From Desulfonatronovibrionaceae bacterium (GTDB taxonomy: Bacteria > Desulfobacterota > Desulfovibrionia > Desulfovibrionales > Desulfonatronovibrionaceae), in NCBI GenBank assembly GCA_046539845.1, contig JBKHGE010000018.1, positions 1-41,936 of the forward strand: DNA of 41,936 nucleotides, in the 5' to 3' direction. The position numbers and the translations under genes were made by a program. Under the pieces are notes generated by a model. That model was not told where the DNA came from, ran no database searches, and worked only from the letters and a program-made list of their open reading frames with translations. Shown piece by piece: positions 38,570-41,936 of the stretch (positions are counted from its first letter, which is position 1; each line of letters starts with the position of its first letter).

Positions 38570-41500
38570 TCATTCTTGACTGTCTGGGCCGGGCAGGTTT
38601 TTTTGCAGTGCTGCCAAAAGCTCATCCCTGTCCGCCGGCTTGGGGATATAGTCATCCATGCCCGCCTCAAGGAATCTTTCCCGGTCCCCGTCCATGGCAT
38701 AGGCGGTCAGGGCGATGATCGGGAGTCTTCTTCTACCCAGGCCAGCGGATTTTGATCCCTTCTCTATATCCTTCTGCCTCCTTATCTCCCGGGTGGCTTC
38801 CAGGCCATCCATAATGGGCATCTGCACGTCCATAAGCAGGCAATCAAACTCGTTTTCCGCCAGCTCATTTAGGGCCTCCCTGCCGTCCCCAACCACAGCC
38901 ACCTGAAAACCGTATTTCTCCAGAAGACGTCTGATATGCACTTGAGTCACTGGGTCATCATCGACCAAAAGGATGTGCTTTCCATAAAATGGATCCGTGC
39001 CCACCCCGGACTTGTCATCGCTATTTTGCTTATCCTGAAATTCTTCAGGGACGATGAAGGGCAGACTGACGCTTACCGTGGTCCCCTGACCACTGGAAGT
39101 GACTATGGAGGCATTGCCGCCCATAAGCCGGACCAGTCTCTTGACCAGGGGCAGGCCCAGCCCGGCCCCTTCATACTGCCGGGTATAGGGGGTCCCGGAC
39201 TCATTGGCCTGGGTAAAGGTCTCAAACACCTCATCCAGCTTGTCCTCCGGGATACCCGGGCCGGTATCTTCGACAGTAAACAGAACGCGGCAGCTTTCCG
39301 GACCCACAGCAGGCAAAAACGAGGCCTGGACCCGGATTTCTCCCTCATGGGTGTATTTGACTGCATTGCCGGTCAAATTGAATAAGATCTGGGTCAGGCG
39401 GGTCTGATCTCCGATCAGAGATTCCGGGATCCGCTCATCCCGCTCAACATGCAAAGAATTCTTATTCTTCTGGCAAGAATGGCGGAAGATATCCTCTATG
39501 GACTGCAGGACTTCACCCGGCCGAAATACTTCCTCGCTAAGCTCCAGCTTGCCGGCCTCAATCCGGGACAGATCCAGGATGTCCGTAAGGAGCTTATTCA
39601 AACGCCTGGAGGATTCATTGGCCATGCGCACGTATTCCTCCTGCTCCTCGTCTAGGTCCGTGGACTGCATGAGTTGGTGCATGCCCATGATCCCGTTTAA
39701 GGGGGTGCGGATCTCATGGCTCATATTGGCTAAAAACTCCGACTTGGCCCGGTTCGCGGCCTCGGCCTCCTCTTTGGCCGCGCGCAGGCCGTCTTCCGCC
39801 AGCTTACGGTCAGTCACATCCCAGACAGTGGAAACAACCAGATTGCTCTCCGGCAGGGGGATGTTCTGGGCGGTTATATAAAACGGCTCCTCGCCCGGAC
39901 GAAATATCGGGACATCCTCCCAGTACATGCGCTCCGGGTCTCCGCTGGCGCAGTCCTTCAGCACCCTGTCCCTTATCTTTTCCCGGAACTCCGGATCCGG
40001 GTAAACCACCTCCCAGAAATCGTTCGGCGGGGCCAGAGCCTCTCTGGTGGTCCGGTAGAAGCGGACAAAATTGTCGTTCATGTAGGTAAATTCCACCTCC
40101 GGATCGATCGAGTTTATGGCCACGCCCACGGGCAGATTGTCCAGGGTGGAAGTGATAAAGGCCTCGCGTTCCCGCAGATCCTCTTCCATTCGCTTGCGCT
40201 CGGAAATATCCCGACAAATGCCGATAATCATGTTCTGGCCCTGAATGCAGGCCCCGGAGAGGCTGACCTCAACATCGTACAATGAACCGTCTTTCCTGCG
40301 GTGCCGGCTTTCAAAAGTGGCGTCGAACTGGGGAAGATCTTGGAACTGCTTCCGAATCTGATCCTCAGACATATTCGCTTCATAATCCCAGGTATACAGA
40401 CCCCGCACCTCATCCGGGGAATAACCGAGCATGTCTGCAAAGCTCTGATTGGCCTCGATTATTCTGTGCTCCTGGTCAATGATCACGATACCGTCCCGGG
40501 AGCGGTTCATAAGGGCCTGGCGGCGCTCATCCACAGCCTTAAGAGAAGACTTGGCCTCCTCCAGTTCCTCTAATTTCTTTTGCAATTTGTGCTCGGCCCG
40601 CACCCGTTCACTAATGTCCAAGGCAATCCCGAAAATGACCGGCTGCCCGTTCAATGTGCTTGGGGTCAAGCGGACTTCAACCGGGAATTCGGAGCCGTCC
40701 TTGCGGGTATGATAGGAGTTATGGAGCCAGGTCTCACCCTCTTGCAGGTTATGCCATATGCCGGTGAAATGGTCCTTGCTTTTGGCCTGTCTGTCTATAT
40801 CCTCGACATTCATGCCCAAGAGTTCTTCCTTACTGTACCCGGTAGATGTGCAGGCGACATCATTGACCATCACAATCCTGCCATCCAGATAATGGACAAA
40901 AAGCCCCCCGGGCAGGCTTTGCAGAGCGATACGCAGACGCTCCTCGCTTTCCGCCCGGGCCTCCTCGGCCATTTTCTTGTCCGTTATATCCCGGGCCACC
41001 GCGATAATGCCCACAATACTTCCCCGGGCATCGCGGTACGGGGTCTTCAGTGTATCCAAAAGCACTGTCCGCCCGTCCGGATAAGTCACCCATTCCTCGT
41101 TGTGCCTCGGCGCCCCCTTCTCTAGCATCAATTTGTCGTTTTTGCGGAAAAAATCAGCCTTTTTTTTGCTGTAAAGGTCATAGTCGGATTTGCCGATAAT
41201 CTCCTCTTTCTCCCGGCCCACATGCCGGGCGAATTCGCTGTTGCACCCCAGGTATAGGCCATCAATATCCTTTATAAATATTATTTCCGGAATGGAATCC
41301 AGAACTGAGTTTATGAAATTGGACTGCTGCCTGGAGTTCTCTTCCTCTTTTTTCCGGGCACTGATATCGATCAAAAAGCCCTGATAATGGCTGACCTCGC
41401 CCCGGGAATCAAAGATGACCCGAATATTCTCCAGGGCCCAGAACACAGAGCCGTCCCTGCGGCAAAGCCGGCATTCATAGTTAAGCACCCGGCCCTGTTC

Positions 41501-41746
41501 CCGGGCAAGGCCCTTGAAACGTTCCCTGTCCTCCGGGTCCGCGTATATCTGCCCGGCAATATCTGTAACCGAGTCCATAAGCTCCTCGGGACTGTCATAT
41601 CCAAACAGCTCGGCCGTGGCCATATTGGCTGAAAGGAAACCCCCGCCAGGTGTAGATGTGAATATAGCAACCGGGGCATTCATCAGGATATCCTGGGGAT
41701 CCTGAAACAAAGATTGACTGTTTTTTTTACTGCCTGTTGAGGACAT
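38570..41746 (-). CDS. Cytoplasmic hybrid sensor histidine kinase (about five PAS/PAC domains, HisKA, HATPase, REC)
   Basis: Repeated PAC ends (DISARK, DITDKK, DISER, DISERK, DVTDRK); H-box FLANMSHEIRTP, N-box NLTGNAVKYT, DTGPGI, GAGLGL; receiver LLVDDD..MDVQMP..KP; no TM segment; GAGGTG SD. Confidence 0.95.
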   Translation of the reverse strand: MSSTGSKKNSQSLFQDPQDILMNAPVAIFTSTPGGGFLSANMATAELFGYDSPEELMDSVTDIAGQIYADPEDRERFKGLAREQGRVLNYECRLCRRDGSVFWALENIRVIFDSRGEVSHYQGFLIDISARKKEEENSRQQSNFINSVLDSIPEIIFIKDIDGLYLGCNSEFARHVGREKEEIIGKSDYDLYSKKKADFFRKNDKLMLEKGAPRHNEEWVTYPDGRTVLLDTLKTPYRDARGSIVGIIAVARDITDKKMAEEARAESEERLRIALQSLPGGLFVHYLDGRIVMVNDVACTSTGYSKEELLGMNVEDIDRQAKSKDHFTGIWHNLQEGETWLHNSYHTRKDGSEFPVEVRLTPSTLNGQPVIFGIALDISERVRAEHKLQKKLEELEEAKSSLKAVDERRQALMNRSRDGIVIIDQEHRIIEANQSFADMLGYSPDEVRGLYTWDYEANMSEDQIRKQFQDLPQFDATFESRHRRKDGSLYDVEVSLSGACIQGQNMIIGICRDISERKRMEEDLREREAFITSTLDNLPVGVAINSIDPEVEFTYMNDNFVRFYRTTREALAPPNDFWEVVYPDPEFREKIRDRVLKDCASGDPERMYWEDVPIFRPGEEPFYITAQNIPLPESNLVVSTVWDVTDRKLAEDGLRAAKEEAEAANRAKSEFLANMSHEIRTPLNGIMGMHQLMQSTDLDEEQEEYVRMANESSRRLNKLLTDILDLSRIEAGKLELSEEVFRPGEVLQSIEDIFRHSCQKNKNSLHVERDERIPESLIGDQTRLTQILFNLTGNAVKYTHEGEIRVQASFLPAVGPESCRVLFTVEDTGPGIPEDKLDEVFETFTQANESGTPYTRQYEGAGLGLPLVKRLVRLMGGNASIVTSSGQGTTVSVSLPFIVPEEFQDKQNSDDKSGVGTDPFYGKHILLVDDDPVTQVHIRRLLEKYGFQVAVVGDGREALNELAENEFDCLLMDVQMPIMDGLEATREIRRQKDIEKGSKSAGLGRRRLPIIALTAYAMDGDRERFLEAGMDDYIPKPADRDELLAALQKNLPGPDSQE

Positions 41747-41936
41747 GGGTATATCACCTCCCGGGAAGGGAAAATTAAACCGTAACGGAAATTAAAAACA
41801 GGTAAACGGCCTGTATAAAGAGCGATTAAAGCCCCGGAGTACTGGTTTGCGTACCAAAGACTATTTTTTTACTAACTAAATCCACTAGTGTCCCAACAAT
41901 AAATCAAACAATGTTAGGTGCTTATGTTTACCGCTA

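Noticed and set aside
38407..41746. Genomic island integrated at tRNA-Arg (also considered tRNA-Ser)
   Set aside because: No integrase, transposase or duplicated tRNA 3' end seen in the window.

Overview
A 41.9-kb window of bacterial chromosome, mostly housekeeping. Gene content and order suggest a Desulfovibrionales-like sulfate reducer (inference). Core blocks: hisD-purC-fabI; tRNA-Ser with SRP RNA; a RluA-family pseudouridine synthase; mgtE; nadCAB; yajC-secD-secF; a five-gene split (archaeal-type) glutamate synthase cluster; an M48/TPR protease; rho; carD-pth-rplY-prs-tRNA-Gln-ispE; a DegP/DegQ protease; an acyl-CoA ligase; tRNA-Arg; and a five-PAS hybrid histidine kinase. The best find is not in the ORF track: a 44-codon membrane-anchored ORF just after fabI (3511-3645, minus strand). 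It has an in-frame UGA followed 11 nt later by a bacterial SECIS-like hairpin, making it a candidate tiny selenoprotein with a U-x5-C motif. Also notable are a PilZ / GAF-RHH / zinc-ribbon-ParA / small Zn-finger gene cluster, an ATP-grasp plus amidohydrolase pair, and an ispE stop codon that lies inside tRNA-Gln. No CRISPR array, integrase or transposase was seen. All calls were made by eye, without database searches.
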